Source of the DNA: a virus
Taxonomy: Duplodnaviria > Caudoviricetes
Direction: 5' to 3' (one strand)
Length of the DNA stretch: 34,816 nucleotides
IMG/VR virus record: IMGVR_UViG_3300033067_001418
Coordinates: 1 to 34,816 of that record
Shown here piece after piece: positions 26,201 to 33,694 of the stretch. The position numbers and the translations under genes were made by a program. Numbering within the stretch: the first letter of the stretch is position 1; each line of letters starts with the position of its first letter. The notes under the pieces were generated by a model. The model did no database searches and had not been told where the DNA came from. It was given only the letters and a program-made list of their open reading frames with translations.

Positions 26201-29200
26201 AAGACGCGCCGAAGTACGACACCTACACTCTTCCCGGCGGCACGAATTATCGCGAGATGTTGCTGAAGCTGCCACCGGCAAGCAAGACATCAAAAGCGGA
26301 GCAGCGCGACGCCATTGCGAAGCTGAGCGCCAGGCTTGATGGCTTCAACATCGGCTCAGAAGAGTTCGTGGAGCTGTTTCGCCAGCGCCGCGCGCTGACC
26401 GATGCGTACCTTGAGCCGAAGGTGTACAAATCATCCCATTGGGACGATCATCTCAACGTCATCGCCCATATCCGCCTCAACGACAGAACCATCGGCGGCA
26501 AGAAGACGCTGTTCGTAGAGGAGCTGCAGTCGGACTGGCAGCAGCAGCGACGCAAGAACCTCAAGATCGCCACCACGCCGATGGCAATGGCCGGTGCTGA
26601 AAAGCAAACACCAGCAGCGCCATTCATCGACTCCACCGACAAGTGGCTCGGCCTGGCGATCAAGCGCGTGCTCGTGGAAGCCGTCAAGGGCGACTACTCC
26701 CAAGTCGCATTCATCAACGGCACCCAGAGCGCAGACAGGTACGACCTGAGCAAGCAGATTGACGCCATCGACTACCGGCGCATTACCGTCGGCGCGGCCG
26801 ATGAAACTGATCTGCACCTAGTCAAGAACGGGTCCGTGATCAAGACCATTGCCGTGAAGAATGCCGACCTTGAGAACTACGTCGGCAAGGAAATGGCCAA
26901 GAAGATCATGGCCAACGAGGGCAAGCAAATCGAGAAGAACGGCTTTCCGATGACGCGTTTGGATGGCCTCGACCTCAAGATCGGCGGGAAGGGAATGATC
27001 ACCTTCTACGACAGCATCGTGCCGACGGCAGTCAACAGCTTGCTCAAGAAGCTGGGTGGGGGCAAGGTCGCCCAGATCAGCATGCCACGCTACACGGTCG
27101 AGCCCGACGGGCGCGGCTGGTGGAACGTGTTGGAAGACGGAGCCATCTACGAAAACAAGCCGACGGAAAAGATCGCCCGCGCGCTGGCCGACCGCCAGAA
27201 TGGTGCGGTGCCTGATCAATTCGCCTTCAATGTCACACCAGAGCTGAAGGCAAAGGTCGAAGAAGGTCTGCCGCTGTTCAGTGAAGACTACAACCCGATG
27301 AGTTTCAACGGGTTCGCCACGTCTGAAGAAATGATGGCCGACCGGGCGCGAAGGGAGGCCGAAGGCGCATCTCTGGGCAAGGCCTGGGATCGGGTCCGAG
27401 CCGGGTGGCCAGAGATCAAGCCGGATACATCGCAAACTCCGGTGGCGTGGCCAGCCGAAAAGCGGCCGGATCCGATGACGACGTTTGCCGGGATGGGCAA
27501 AGGTGAGTACGACGCGCGTCGAGCGAAGCTGTCGTTCAGTGAGGATGCTCAGTTCGCCAACAACGTGGCCGCCACCAGGCCGCGCAACGTCAGCAGCTGG
27601 GCCGCCGGCCGTGACGAGCTGGGCCGCTTCACCTTCGGGCCTGGCGCCAAGGCGTACGAGGTGGCTGCCACCATCGCAAACAATGTCCTCGATGTCGTGA
27701 AGATGAAGCCCATCTCGCCTGAGCTCGACCGAGCCATGCGGAAGATGAAGGTCGAGATCGAGAAGGCGCAGATGACCGCGGTCGACGTGGCCAACAAGCT
27801 GAAGGAGATCCCGAGGGATGAACTCGAGATGATCTCTGACGTCATCGAGGGCGAGCTCAAGGTTGGCGTCACGCCGCCGCAGCGGGTCTACGACATAGCC
27901 GCATCGATGATTCAGATCATGCGCGAGCAGTCCACCGAGCTGGTGCGCCTGGGCATGCTGTCGGCAGAGGCTGTCGGCCGGTGGGATGGCAAGTATTTGC
28001 CGCGCTTCTACGAGCAGAAACTCCTCGAGGATCTGAAGGCGTGGAAGAAGATGGCCGCCGCACTCACCCGCCGCACCGGCGTGATGCAGGGTGTGGCCGG
28101 CAAGAGCCTGAAGGCACGCGGCAAATTCGAGACCGTCTTCACCAAGGATCTGCCGATCTGGATCCAGCAGGGGTGGGAGGTTCGTGACGACAAGTTCCAG
28201 AAGGGCGACAAGACCGTCCAGGTGTGGCGCGACTACACGAAGAAGGAGCGCGAAGACATGGGAGAGGTCCGGGACGCAATGTTCCGGTTCATCATGGGCT
28301 ACACGCGCACGCAGCGTGACATCCAGCTCGGCCGTCTATTCGAGCGCCTGGCCACAGACGTCGCTGTCAAGGGTCCGCGAGATGGCTACGTCGAAGTGCC
28401 AAGCACGAAGATCGAAGGCACGTTTGCGCCGCGATACGGCAAGCTCGCCGGAATGTATGTCCCGACCGAAGTGCTCGATCACCTGAAGTCGTACGACGAT
28501 GCGATGCACAGTGAGATCCTGAAGATGTATCGCAAGGGTCTGTCACTGTGGAAGGAAGGAAAGACCGTTCTGAACCCAGTGGCTCACGCGAACAACGTCA
28601 TCAGCAACCTGACCATGGCGCACTTCGCCGGCGTCTCGTACTGGGACGTCAACAAGTACGCCGGGGCAGTGAAGGATCTGACGAAGAACGCACCCATGGT
28701 GCAGGAAGCGAAAGACGCCGGCTTGTTCCTTGGCACGTTCTCGCAGGGCGAGCTCGTAGCCGCCATGCCTGAGCAGTTGCGCATGCTGGCCGGCCGCGTC
28801 GAGTCGCGTGGCGCAAAGACCGTAGAAACGGTATGGAATGCGATGTCATTCTGGTTGCGCAAGCCGATGGGCAAGGCGTACGAAGCCGAGGATCAGTTCT
28901 TCCGCTACCTCATCTACCGTGACGCACGCAACCGCGGCGCCTCGCCGGATGAAGCGGTCGACTTCGCCCAGCGGTACATCTTCACCTACGACAACCTGCC
29001 GTCTGGCGCGAAGCTGGTGCGCGATGTCGGCCTGCCGTTCTTCGCCTACACCTACAAGGCGGTGCCGGCGATCCTGCGCACGGCCATGGAGTACCCGTGG
29101 CGGTTCGCCGCTCCGGCCGGCGCCTTCTGGGCGGTCAACACGCTGATGTATGCGCTGGCGTTCGTCGGCGACGATGACGACGACGAGGGCATGCTCGACG

Positions 29201-29997
29201 TGATCGGTAAGTACGTCACCGATCCGCAGTTCAGGGCCAGCGTGTCAGCCTTCGAGAAGGACGAGCGCAAGAACCTGCCGCCGTGGATGAAGGGCATGAG
29301 CATGACCATGTTCACACCGAAGGCGATCCGCCTCGGGATGGACGAGGTCACCGACATGCCGGTGTTCCTGGACATCAGCCGCATCTTCCCGGGCGGCGAC
29401 TTGCTGGATGCGAACAACAACTCCGGCGGTATGCCGCTCTTCCAGCCGCTGATGCCAGGCAACCCCGTGCTGACGACGGCGATGGCCATGCTCGGGAACA
29501 AGGACATGTTCTTCGGCAAGGAGATCGTCGACAAGGATCTGGACACCGACACCGAAGCCGCTGCGAAGCGTGCCGCGTGGATGTGGCGCCAGGTCTCGCC
29601 GGCCATCGCGGTGGGCAACTACCACTGGGATCGTGCAGCGAACGCGCTGGCCAACATCATTGGAGAACCCATCGAGCTCGGGCCGATCTCGTACACCGGC
29701 CAGGACAAGAGCGGCAACCCGGTGCAGTGGGAGTACGCCGCGATGCAGACGTTCGGCATCAAGGCCAGGCCCATCGACCTCGAGCTGTCGGAGATCATCG
29801 GAGAGGCGAACAAGAAGCGCGTCCTCCGCGAGCTCGCGAGCGAGATCAAGAAGATCAACCGACTCGAGGGTAAGGGCTACTACAGCGAGACGAATGCAGA
29901 GCGCATGCGGGAGAATGCGAAGCTGAAGCGTGACCGTGTAAGAAGCGGTCTGACGATCGAGGGAGACTCAATCGACGGAGAGGAGGAAGAGGAGTGA
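20269..29997 (+). CDS. Giant polyvalent internal virion protein (3242 aa)
   Basis: Hydrophobic Gly/Ala N-region; HEAVH..EE metallopeptidase; HhH-glycosylase-like; unknown domain; ART-like; EELQSD domain; helical C-terminus ('YLPRFY', 'WK..KTV.NP..H.NN', 'PFF.Y') typical of large ejection proteins. Confidence 0.88.
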   Translation: MRFIPLDQADEPVSSGLRFIPIEETQGQPRDAFEAAKFAQEKADNTERGWGEVASDTGLALAQGAMDFAALPGTLYGLATGNFDNAYSNIFRPGQEAADALKSDKLKAEQAALAAKVNAAEGWREKLSVGLMEGLQNGTLAWDQVARMVPGIIGGGGMGKVGEKVVTTAGQLAKAAPVAAAISGRAQPVAEAAASVVGKVGEAGRAVAASPVGKFIPDVATAGAVGTGSAIQSQSVVEDTLKEGNKIPVELFAENDPEYLPLVDQLVEGGLTRGQAMLKAREQRVSEMAQTAGLQAFAASLLTMAIPGGSTIETAALKKLKPGSGFKAAFEGGVKGAVFEPIQEGTEEASGSAVKDLQLSRADPSIDVIGNAAAAGGQGAALGLIAGAGGGAISHRGAPVPIGDGGTPTAAPGRASFSDPAGPAAQAGIRPIEVPLAQAAANGQAKAEEEVAKAAEGGKPTESMIAKVNPDLERELGLDKLRMPNVSGASTVDAVAPVGGGVEGGQPGGSVVPPGSAVDVGLTNGAGAAPAATSGSQVQPAAATAGELPPALTPTKVWTGRRGDGYATIGDANTALQSKQTASSKEGGDGLTWTVVPQADGRFVLHGYAPQQATQPADSRIGSEAPAVPSASGEVGGTLVAGASPIAGGGNVNPSVNPGTASPVLAGSPQAADQAGGGVAAAGGGVPGGRATAAVPAGAAAVGSPTAPVHGGGEQAASLIDPAKIAEDITWVENDRLKRGEAIKLEVVTNEQDPTLADLATAMKAPIYFVRTKSGKSGFSGFTRNGRIAVNLSGKAAPVATVMHEAVHTMPTALRKALIDKVMPELSLGARDEFLHRYPAYASRPEDKIQEEIVAKLTENAVEEPAFWEDVKTKLGDSDFKGLVKHILSTLTRLIGAAKAHNNTDLARDWTKVRSLIAEATAKTMKGDTAWIDEATEDRATMDGAEVTEIEPDQVGDAEYAERGVEEDIGDYDVMSFKDGSLSVGGSVEEIRAALPEGVTGRIKGDRLLFTTSDAPRVMAALAGKKNAYSREGRVLDRKPMKAGKYIGAPAKYDSPSKITHLRRWMRQLADEGSPGRFWYENSSRAILNFVGGDVQEARKFVALLAIYSPQAKVDTNSTFALRAWSQYKAGHPIKAKTRVMDEKAREALSDIDKFWSGQKTGNFFNNLLREIDPTTAGKQGATIDMWMMRAAYYSSDAPTDTQYAFMEDEINRIAADLGWEPQQVQAAIWVAMKARMENSGVKKRTEASSERKGWIRFDRTAKGKPKRVILNKQKHRDNWLDHAFAHDPTQKDTNTAKFDFEDGVRRHIGQVSWEAAPSVINGILPGLHTAPWAQRVEFQQAVQQALHDEHGDMLARYLGLLADDDLLAPGAWQGAVNPSMQIPVAMSPAGGKAGKTSVDAAQKKLLNVYAATLGLVLHQDGVGWHRPFYSANKGDSNGLDILLGRVISQTEMSDLYNAINDRMTRDGKPGWQDDMALISSPTGVRVISFGVITNKELQTSFLKAIEPSLPDAKVRLFASDGDMPTNKWRENPNGQTYIDRLSAEGRPDVLEWARAVLSPRVQRVFDEFSGRYGWGESDISFSEDARPAEPPRGSSYGRDEGAGRGVRGAVTGVHYGNAAGLSILSGRAFGQGIRGEERARLDAATDARIKRRVYFYLTNNGQDLPAPESGLGGHVYRAELGNLYDGTTATKEQRQLIQGLRKGPGENAYESAILDAGFRGHVNREQGTAVVLNSDVPVAYEGTIDWTRVRQRVNERIVPPIETREEGGELVRKITNEQMLGVIKARPELARVAPSFTMQYGEARVAASEAAAANAALADSGLQFSEDAVTQSRLPFYSALDRAIEGGPKQAPVEQWLAFIKGLTGKGVKPDEVFWSGIEDWLKLQTGKVQRDAVRAFLASSGVKVEEKILSSEGVMTEQKARDELAEKYFLKLNENDRLRHIDEEADYYDVDLASFAPKDRRAIQELVDVILDGGDKDAPKYDTYTLPGGTNYREMLLKLPPASKTSKAEQRDAIAKLSARLDGFNIGSEEFVELFRQRRALTDAYLEPKVYKSSHWDDHLNVIAHIRLNDRTIGGKKTLFVEELQSDWQQQRRKNLKIATTPMAMAGAEKQTPAAPFIDSTDKWLGLAIKRVLVEAVKGDYSQVAFINGTQSADRYDLSKQIDAIDYRRITVGAADETDLHLVKNGSVIKTIAVKNADLENYVGKEMAKKIMANEGKQIEKNGFPMTRLDGLDLKIGGKGMITFYDSIVPTAVNSLLKKLGGGKVAQISMPRYTVEPDGRGWWNVLEDGAIYENKPTEKIARALADRQNGAVPDQFAFNVTPELKAKVEEGLPLFSEDYNPMSFNGFATSEEMMADRARREAEGASLGKAWDRVRAGWPEIKPDTSQTPVAWPAEKRPDPMTTFAGMGKGEYDARRAKLSFSEDAQFANNVAATRPRNVSSWAAGRDELGRFTFGPGAKAYEVAATIANNVLDVVKMKPISPELDRAMRKMKVEIEKAQMTAVDVANKLKEIPRDELEMISDVIEGELKVGVTPPQRVYDIAASMIQIMREQSTELVRLGMLSAEAVGRWDGKYLPRFYEQKLLEDLKAWKKMAAALTRRTGVMQGVAGKSLKARGKFETVFTKDLPIWIQQGWEVRDDKFQKGDKTVQVWRDYTKKEREDMGEVRDAMFRFIMGYTRTQRDIQLGRLFERLATDVAVKGPRDGYVEVPSTKIEGTFAPRYGKLAGMYVPTEVLDHLKSYDDAMHSEILKMYRKGLSLWKEGKTVLNPVAHANNVISNLTMAHFAGVSYWDVNKYAGAVKDLTKNAPMVQEAKDAGLFLGTFSQGELVAAMPEQLRMLAGRVESRGAKTVETVWNAMSFWLRKPMGKAYEAEDQFFRYLIYRDARNRGASPDEAVDFAQRYIFTYDNLPSGAKLVRDVGLPFFAYTYKAVPAILRTAMEYPWRFAAPAGAFWAVNTLMYALAFVGDDDDDEGMLDVIGKYVTDPQFRASVSAFEKDERKNLPPWMKGMSMTMFTPKAIRLGMDEVTDMPVFLDISRIFPGGDLLDANNNSGGMPLFQPLMPGNPVLTTAMAMLGNKDMFFGKEIVDKDLDTDTEAAAKRAAWMWRQVSPAIAVGNYHWDRAANALANIIGEPIELGPISYTGQDKSGNPVQWEYAAMQTFGIKARPIDLELSEIIGEANKKRVLRELASEIKKINRLEGKGYYSETNAERMRENAKLKRDRVRSGLTIEGDSIDGEEEEE
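21722..21925 (+). CDS. Nested +1-frame gene A (67 aa) inside the giant gene
   Basis: SD GAGGA (21711-15); main-frame codons become A/T-ending (about 38 of 68 by hand count) exactly over this ORF; globular-looking translation. Confidence 0.7.
   Translation: MSAEQALLMPSLLLAVEWKVVSLAEAWCLQDLLSMSDSPMVPVPLPLRPAAARFNLLQRQPASFLLH
22220..22426 (+). CDS. Nested +1-frame gene B (68 aa) inside the giant gene
   Basis: Perfect SD AGGAGG (22209-14) 5 nt before ATG; same main-frame GC3 collapse; helical amphipathic translation. Confidence 0.72.
   Translation: MSTQVSTLEQQARYWLEARKQQTRQAVEWLQQGVEFLEDEPPLQSLPEPLQSAVRRLLSTEAESKQPA
24869..25135 (+). CDS. Nested +1-frame gene C (88 aa) spanning a domain junction of the giant gene
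   Basis: SD GGAG (24854-57); main-frame GC3 drops over both ends (MGKLTLTGLVPKDDPMFLSGPELFS and MPDLQNLPEDPATAGMKALDEEFG). Confidence 0.6.
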   Translation: MGKLTLTGLVPKDDPMFLSGPELFSHPASSASSTSSQGGTDGASRTSASRKMPDLQNLPEDPATAGMKALDEEFGAPSPASTTETRPA

Positions 29998-31145
29998 ATC
30001 AGGACCTCATCCAGCAGTATCTTGACCACCCAAACGTCAAGGCATTCCTGCGGGCAATCAGGCTGGGTGAGTCGGATCCAGATACAGACGAGGCATACGT
30101 TGCGTTGTTCGGCTGGAGCCCCGGGAACGGACGCGTCTTCAATGACTTCGGCGACCACCCGCGCCAGCGCACCTACGAGAAGTTCGACGGCCAGTTCATC
30201 AAGAACAACAAGATCGACTACACCACCGCGGCCGGTGCGTACCAGATCGTCGAGACGACGTGGAACAACCTGCGCCGCAACAACCCGTGGCTGATCGACT
30301 TCAGCCCGCACATGCAGGACCTGGCCGCGGTCGTCTTGCTGGTCGGGCGCGGAGCCATCAACCACGTCATCAACGGGAACATCCCGGCCGCCATTGCCAA
30401 GCTGGGTGACGAATGGGCCAGCCTGCCCAGCTCCACCGTCGGCCAGCCGACCAAGTCTCTCGAGAAATTGCTGGCCGTCTACCTACGCTACGGCGGCGTG
30501 TTGGCTGGCGAGCAGGCACCCACGCCGCCAGCGGCTGACGAAAGCTCGCCAGGCGGATCCTTGAATCAACCACAAGCACCCGTCGGAGATCCGACTCAAT
30601 ACTCACAGGAGGCAGGCATGCCCATTCCCGCCGTCGCGCTGGCGCTGTTGCCATCGCTGATCGAGGCCATCCCAAAGCTCGGCTCGCTGTTTGGCAGCGG
30701 CAGCAAGGTGGCAGAGCGCAACGTTGCCGGGGTCGGCCTGGCGCTGGACATCGTGCAGAAGTCTGTAGGGGCCGTGAACGCACAGGCCGCCGTCGAAGCG
30801 CTGGCCGATCCTGCAAAGCGTGAGGTGGCTGCCAAGGCCATCGAAGACAACTGGTATCAGCTCACCGAGGCTGGCGGCGGCGGGATCGATGGCGCACGCA
30901 AGGCTGACGCTGCAGCGGTCGCCAGTCACGAGCCGGTCTGGCGGTCGCCAAGCTTCGTCGTCGCCGTCGGCTTGCTGCCGCTTGTCTACATGATCGTCGG
31001 CGCCGTCGTCGGCCTGTTCGGCGCGCCGTTCAGCGACGACGTGCGCAGCGCCATTGCAAACGGCATCGTGGGCCTGATCCTCGGCGGCCTGATCGGCTAC
31101 TACTACGGCCAGACTACTTCTCGCAATCGCAGCACAGTGCCTTGA
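29994..31145 (+). CDS. Endolysin (lambda-R-like transglycosylase/lysozyme) fused to a holin-like membrane domain
   Basis: 'AFLRAI..GE', 'DHPR', 'TAAGAYQI...TW', 'DFSP..QD', 'EWASLP' lambda-lysozyme motifs; Pro-rich linker; C-terminal hydrophobic helices ending 'GYYYG.T'. Confidence 0.88.
   Translation: MNQDLIQQYLDHPNVKAFLRAIRLGESDPDTDEAYVALFGWSPGNGRVFNDFGDHPRQRTYEKFDGQFIKNNKIDYTTAAGAYQIVETTWNNLRRNNPWLIDFSPHMQDLAAVVLLVGRGAINHVINGNIPAAIAKLGDEWASLPSSTVGQPTKSLEKLLAVYLRYGGVLAGEQAPTPPAADESSPGGSLNQPQAPVGDPTQYSQEAGMPIPAVALALLPSLIEAIPKLGSLFGSGSKVAERNVAGVGLALDIVQKSVGAVNAQAAVEALADPAKREVAAKAIEDNWYQLTEAGGGGIDGARKADAAAVASHEPVWRSPSFVVAVGLLPLVYMIVGAVVGLFGAPFSDDVRSAIANGIVGLILGGLIGYYYGQTTSRNRSTVP
30618..31145 (+). 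CDS. In-frame internal start product: holin-like protein (175 aa)
   Basis: AGGAGG (30607-12) 5 nt before an in-frame ATG; hydrophobic N-terminus and two C-terminal TM-like helices. Confidence 0.6.
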   Translation: MPIPAVALALLPSLIEAIPKLGSLFGSGSKVAERNVAGVGLALDIVQKSVGAVNAQAAVEALADPAKREVAAKAIEDNWYQLTEAGGGGIDGARKADAAAVASHEPVWRSPSFVVAVGLLPLVYMIVGAVVGLFGAPFSDDVRSAIANGIVGLILGGLIGYYYGQTTSRNRSTVP

Positions 31146-31359
31146 ACAACACTGCGTCAGGGCCGCACGCTCCACCCTCTGAGCGTGCGTCGATGCAGTA
31201 TTCAAGCCGACGGCGGCCGGGTAGCTTGGATGCAATCTTGCGGCATGTCATGACTCCGCCATTGTCATCAAGATGCTTGCATGCCTTGCACACCTTGCGC
31301 CTGGCCCACCATGCTTCGGTTGCCGGGTGCACCGTCATGAATTGAGTATCGATCTTCAT
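31114..31359 (-). CDS. Small Cys-rich (metal-binding) protein
   Basis: CKAC..C..C..C..CCDC; ATGA-coupled to the upstream minus-strand gene. Confidence 0.7.
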   Translation of the reverse strand: MKIDTQFMTVHPATEAWWARRKVCKACKHLDDNGGVMTCRKIASKLPGRRRLEYCIDARSEGGACGPDAVLFKALCCDCEK

Positions 31360-31580
31360 GACAGGCTCAGCACGAAAGATCCGACGCCGACGATGAGTGC
31401 TGCTGTATAGAGCAGCGCATCCTTCGAACGCGTTTGGGTGTTCTTGACGTCCAGCGGCGCGCCGATCAGGGCCGACTGGATGTTGAACTCATGACTCGAG
31501 ACCGGGGCATTGAGCTCCTCATAGTCCGTCGTCGCACGCTTCAGCACGTGTTGCTTGGTGTATCTCTTGCCGATGTTCAT
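31356..31580 (-). CDS. Small protein with C-terminal transmembrane helix
   Basis: SD GAGGTG; terminal ALLYTAALIVGVGSFVLSL. Confidence 0.7.
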   Translation of the reverse strand: MNIGKRYTKQHVLKRATTDYEELNAPVSSHEFNIQSALIGAPLDVKNTQTRSKDALLYTAALIVGVGSFVLSLS

Positions 31581-31589
31581 GGTCTCACC

Positions 31590-31859
31590 TCAGAACGGGA
31601 TGCTGTCGTACGTCCACTCGGCGCAGCCTATCTTCTGCACTTCCGGCGGCGGGGTTGCCTTCCACTTCTTGCACTTCTCTTCACGATGCGGGCCGAAGCT
31701 CATGCAGCTCTCGCAGCACACTGGGATTGACCTCAGCCGGCTGAGCTCCATCCGATGGAACTCCACCATCGCCACAAGTGACGGCCTGTTGATGATCCAC
31801 AAGTCCACCTTCGCCGGCGCCTGCGCTGGCTCCCCATTGATATTCAACCACTTGCTCAT
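31590..31859 (-). CDS. Small Cys-rich protein ending in IPF
   Basis: 'CESC..F...C.KW...PP..VQ..GC.EW...IPF' pattern typical of genes next to phage helicases; SD GAGGAG/AAGG upstream. Confidence 0.75.
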   Translation of the reverse strand: MSKWLNINGEPAQAPAKVDLWIINRPSLVAMVEFHRMELSRLRSIPVCCESCMSFGPHREEKCKKWKATPPPEVQKIGCAEWTYDSIPF

Positions 31860-33471
31860 GACCCTTCTCGCTCCTCATGGTTTTGAGCATCACCGGCACC
31901 GCCAGGATCCTCTTGTCGTAGGCAATCCACTCCATCGCCTCTTGCACTGACTTCGGGATCCTGTGGATGTTCGACCTGTCGCGCCACCAATGCTCAGCCT
32001 TCATGCGGCCGTAGCCGTCGTGGCTGAGCGCCACCCATTCGCTGGCCGCGACCCTTTCACCAGAGATGTAGTCGACGCGCATCGTGGGTATCGTGCTGCC
32101 GATCTTGTTGTGGATGTTGTAGGTCACGTCTGTGATGACCCTCTCCTTGCGGCCGTCGGTTTCGCGCCTCTTGCTGAGGATGGGTGCATCTGTGGGCTGC
32201 GTGCCGTGAGCAGGGCCTGGCGGAGCGATGTCGAACTCGAACCCGCAGGCCGGGCACACCCGGGCGCTCGCGGCACAGGTGTTGCCGCAGTTGTCGCAGA
32301 TCTTGAACGGCGCCTCGCCAGGCTTGGTGTTGCGCGGCTTGCGCCCCTTGACCCGGTCGATGGGGCCTTGCTCGACGGTCGTCGTGGTGTAGTCCAGCCA
32401 TAGGCAATCGGTCTTGCCGAGGTGCCGAGACTCTTCGATGTTGGCGCCCACCACCCGCATGCCTCGGCCGCCGATCTGCACGTACAGCACCGGGCTCTTG
32501 GTCGGCCTGAGCAGGCAGATGCAGTCGACCTGGGGCACGTCGAAGCCGGTGGTCAGCATGGCCACGTTGACGATGCAGCGCAGGCGCCCCTCGCGGAAGC
32601 GGGAGATGGCCCGATCCTTGTCGGACTTCGCCGAATCAGACGTCACGATCTCGGCATCCATGCCCAGCTCGGCGAGCTTGGCGTGCACGTTCGTGGCGTG
32701 CGCGATCGTCACGCAGTAGACGAGGATCCGGCTGCGCTCGCTGGTGCGGCGGATGATGTCGGCGCACGTCAGCTCGATAACGTCGGCCTGGTTCATCACC
32801 GCATCGAGCTCGTCGATCTTGTAGTCGTCGCCGCTCACACCCACCGCGCTGGCGTCGATGTTGATGCCGGTCTTCTCCGTCACCAGCGGCGCCAGGTAGC
32901 CCAGGCTCAGGAGCTCGCTCATCGTCACCCGCGTGGCGATGTGCGTGAAGATCGGATCCTTGCCGGCGGTCAGCCAGATGCCATTGCCACGGAAGGGCGT
33001 GCCTGTCCAGCCGATGACCCTGACGCTCTTGTTGATCGCCTTCAGCATCGTGATCGTCTTGCGCCACATGCCCTTCTCTTCGGGCGGCACCATATGGCAC
33101 TCGTCCGCGAACACGAGGTCGACGTGGCCGAGCTTCTTCGCGACCCGGTACACCGAGCCGATGGTGGCGTACGTGATCTGGCGGTCGAGCACCTTCTTGC
33201 CGAGCTCGGCGCTGCAGACGCCGACGTCGGCATCCGGCCAGACCCGGCGGATCTTGTCCAGGTTCTGCAGCAGCAGCTCGGTCTGGTGCGTGAGCACGAG
33301 GATCCTGGTCTGCGGAAACTCGCGCAGCGCACGCTGGCACATCAGCGCGATCATCGGCGACTTGCCGGCGCCGACGCACGCCTCGACAATTGGGTTGCCT
33401 TTGAACTCGGTGTCAAACCAAGTCCACAACTCGTCGAGTGCTCTAACCTGGTATGGACGTGGCGTCATCAT
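31681..33471 (-). CDS. Superfamily 2 helicase (RadD/YejH/UvsW-like) with C-terminal Zn finger
   Basis: RPYQ Q-motif, GAGKS, DECH, TGTP, LTTGFD, QIGGRGMR; CDNC..CPAC. Confidence 0.92.
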   Translation of the reverse strand: MMTPRPYQVRALDELWTWFDTEFKGNPIVEACVGAGKSPMIALMCQRALREFPQTRILVLTHQTELLLQNLDKIRRVWPDADVGVCSAELGKKVLDRQITYATIGSVYRVAKKLGHVDLVFADECHMVPPEEKGMWRKTITMLKAINKSVRVIGWTGTPFRGNGIWLTAGKDPIFTHIATRVTMSELLSLGYLAPLVTEKTGINIDASAVGVSGDDYKIDELDAVMNQADVIELTCADIIRRTSERSRILVYCVTIAHATNVHAKLAELGMDAEIVTSDSAKSDKDRAISRFREGRLRCIVNVAMLTTGFDVPQVDCICLLRPTKSPVLYVQIGGRGMRVVGANIEESRHLGKTDCLWLDYTTTTVEQGPIDRVKGRKPRNTKPGEAPFKICDNCGNTCAASARVCPACGFEFDIAPPGPAHGTQPTDAPILSKRRETDGRKERVITDVTYNIHNKIGSTIPTMRVDYISGERVAASEWVALSHDGYGRMKAEHWWRDRSNIHRIPKSVQEAMEWIAYDKRILAVPVMLKTMRSEKGHEQVVEYQWGASAGAGEGGLVDHQQAVTCGDGGVPSDGAQPAEVNPSVLRELHELRPAS

Positions 33472-33694
33472 CAACAACCTTTTGAGCTTCTGGGGTCAGC
33501 TTGTATTCGCCGGTGGGGTCTGGGTACAGGTGCGGCCAGGTCGGGTCGGGGCGAGGCCCCTTGCTCCTGATCGGATCCCACACCATGCACAGACGGCGCT
33601 CCAGTTTGTAGAAGTCCATCAGCAGATAGCCGTCGACGAAAGACTGGTGCCCAGATTTCGATGTCGCCATGCCTGGCACGATGACGATTCTCAT
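33443..33694 (-). CDS. Hypothetical protein (83 aa)
   Basis: ATGA-coupled to the nuclease stop, SD GAGGA; fills the gap before the helicase. Confidence 0.65.
   Translation of the reverse strand: MRIVIVPGMATSKSGHQSFVDGYLLMDFYKLERRLCMVWDPIRSKGPRPDPTWPHLYPDPTGEYKLTPEAQKVVDDDATSIPG

Noticed and set aside
27199-27247. AATG-started short +1 ORF with local A/T-rich codons
   Set aside because: Only about 15 codons and no SD.
25751-27700. +1-frame ATGs created by GAT-GC in FSEDA at 25751 and 27545
   Set aside because: Downstream +1 translations are shadow-like and main-frame GC3 stays high.
5010-29926. Many long antisense or alternate-frame ORFs (e.g. 5010-5945, 6775-7884, 10995-12026, 13879-15195, 22198-24192)
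   Set aside because: Typical shadows of high-GC3 coding: Arg/Ser/Pro-rich or mirror composition, no convincing SD, no disturbance of main-frame codon bias.
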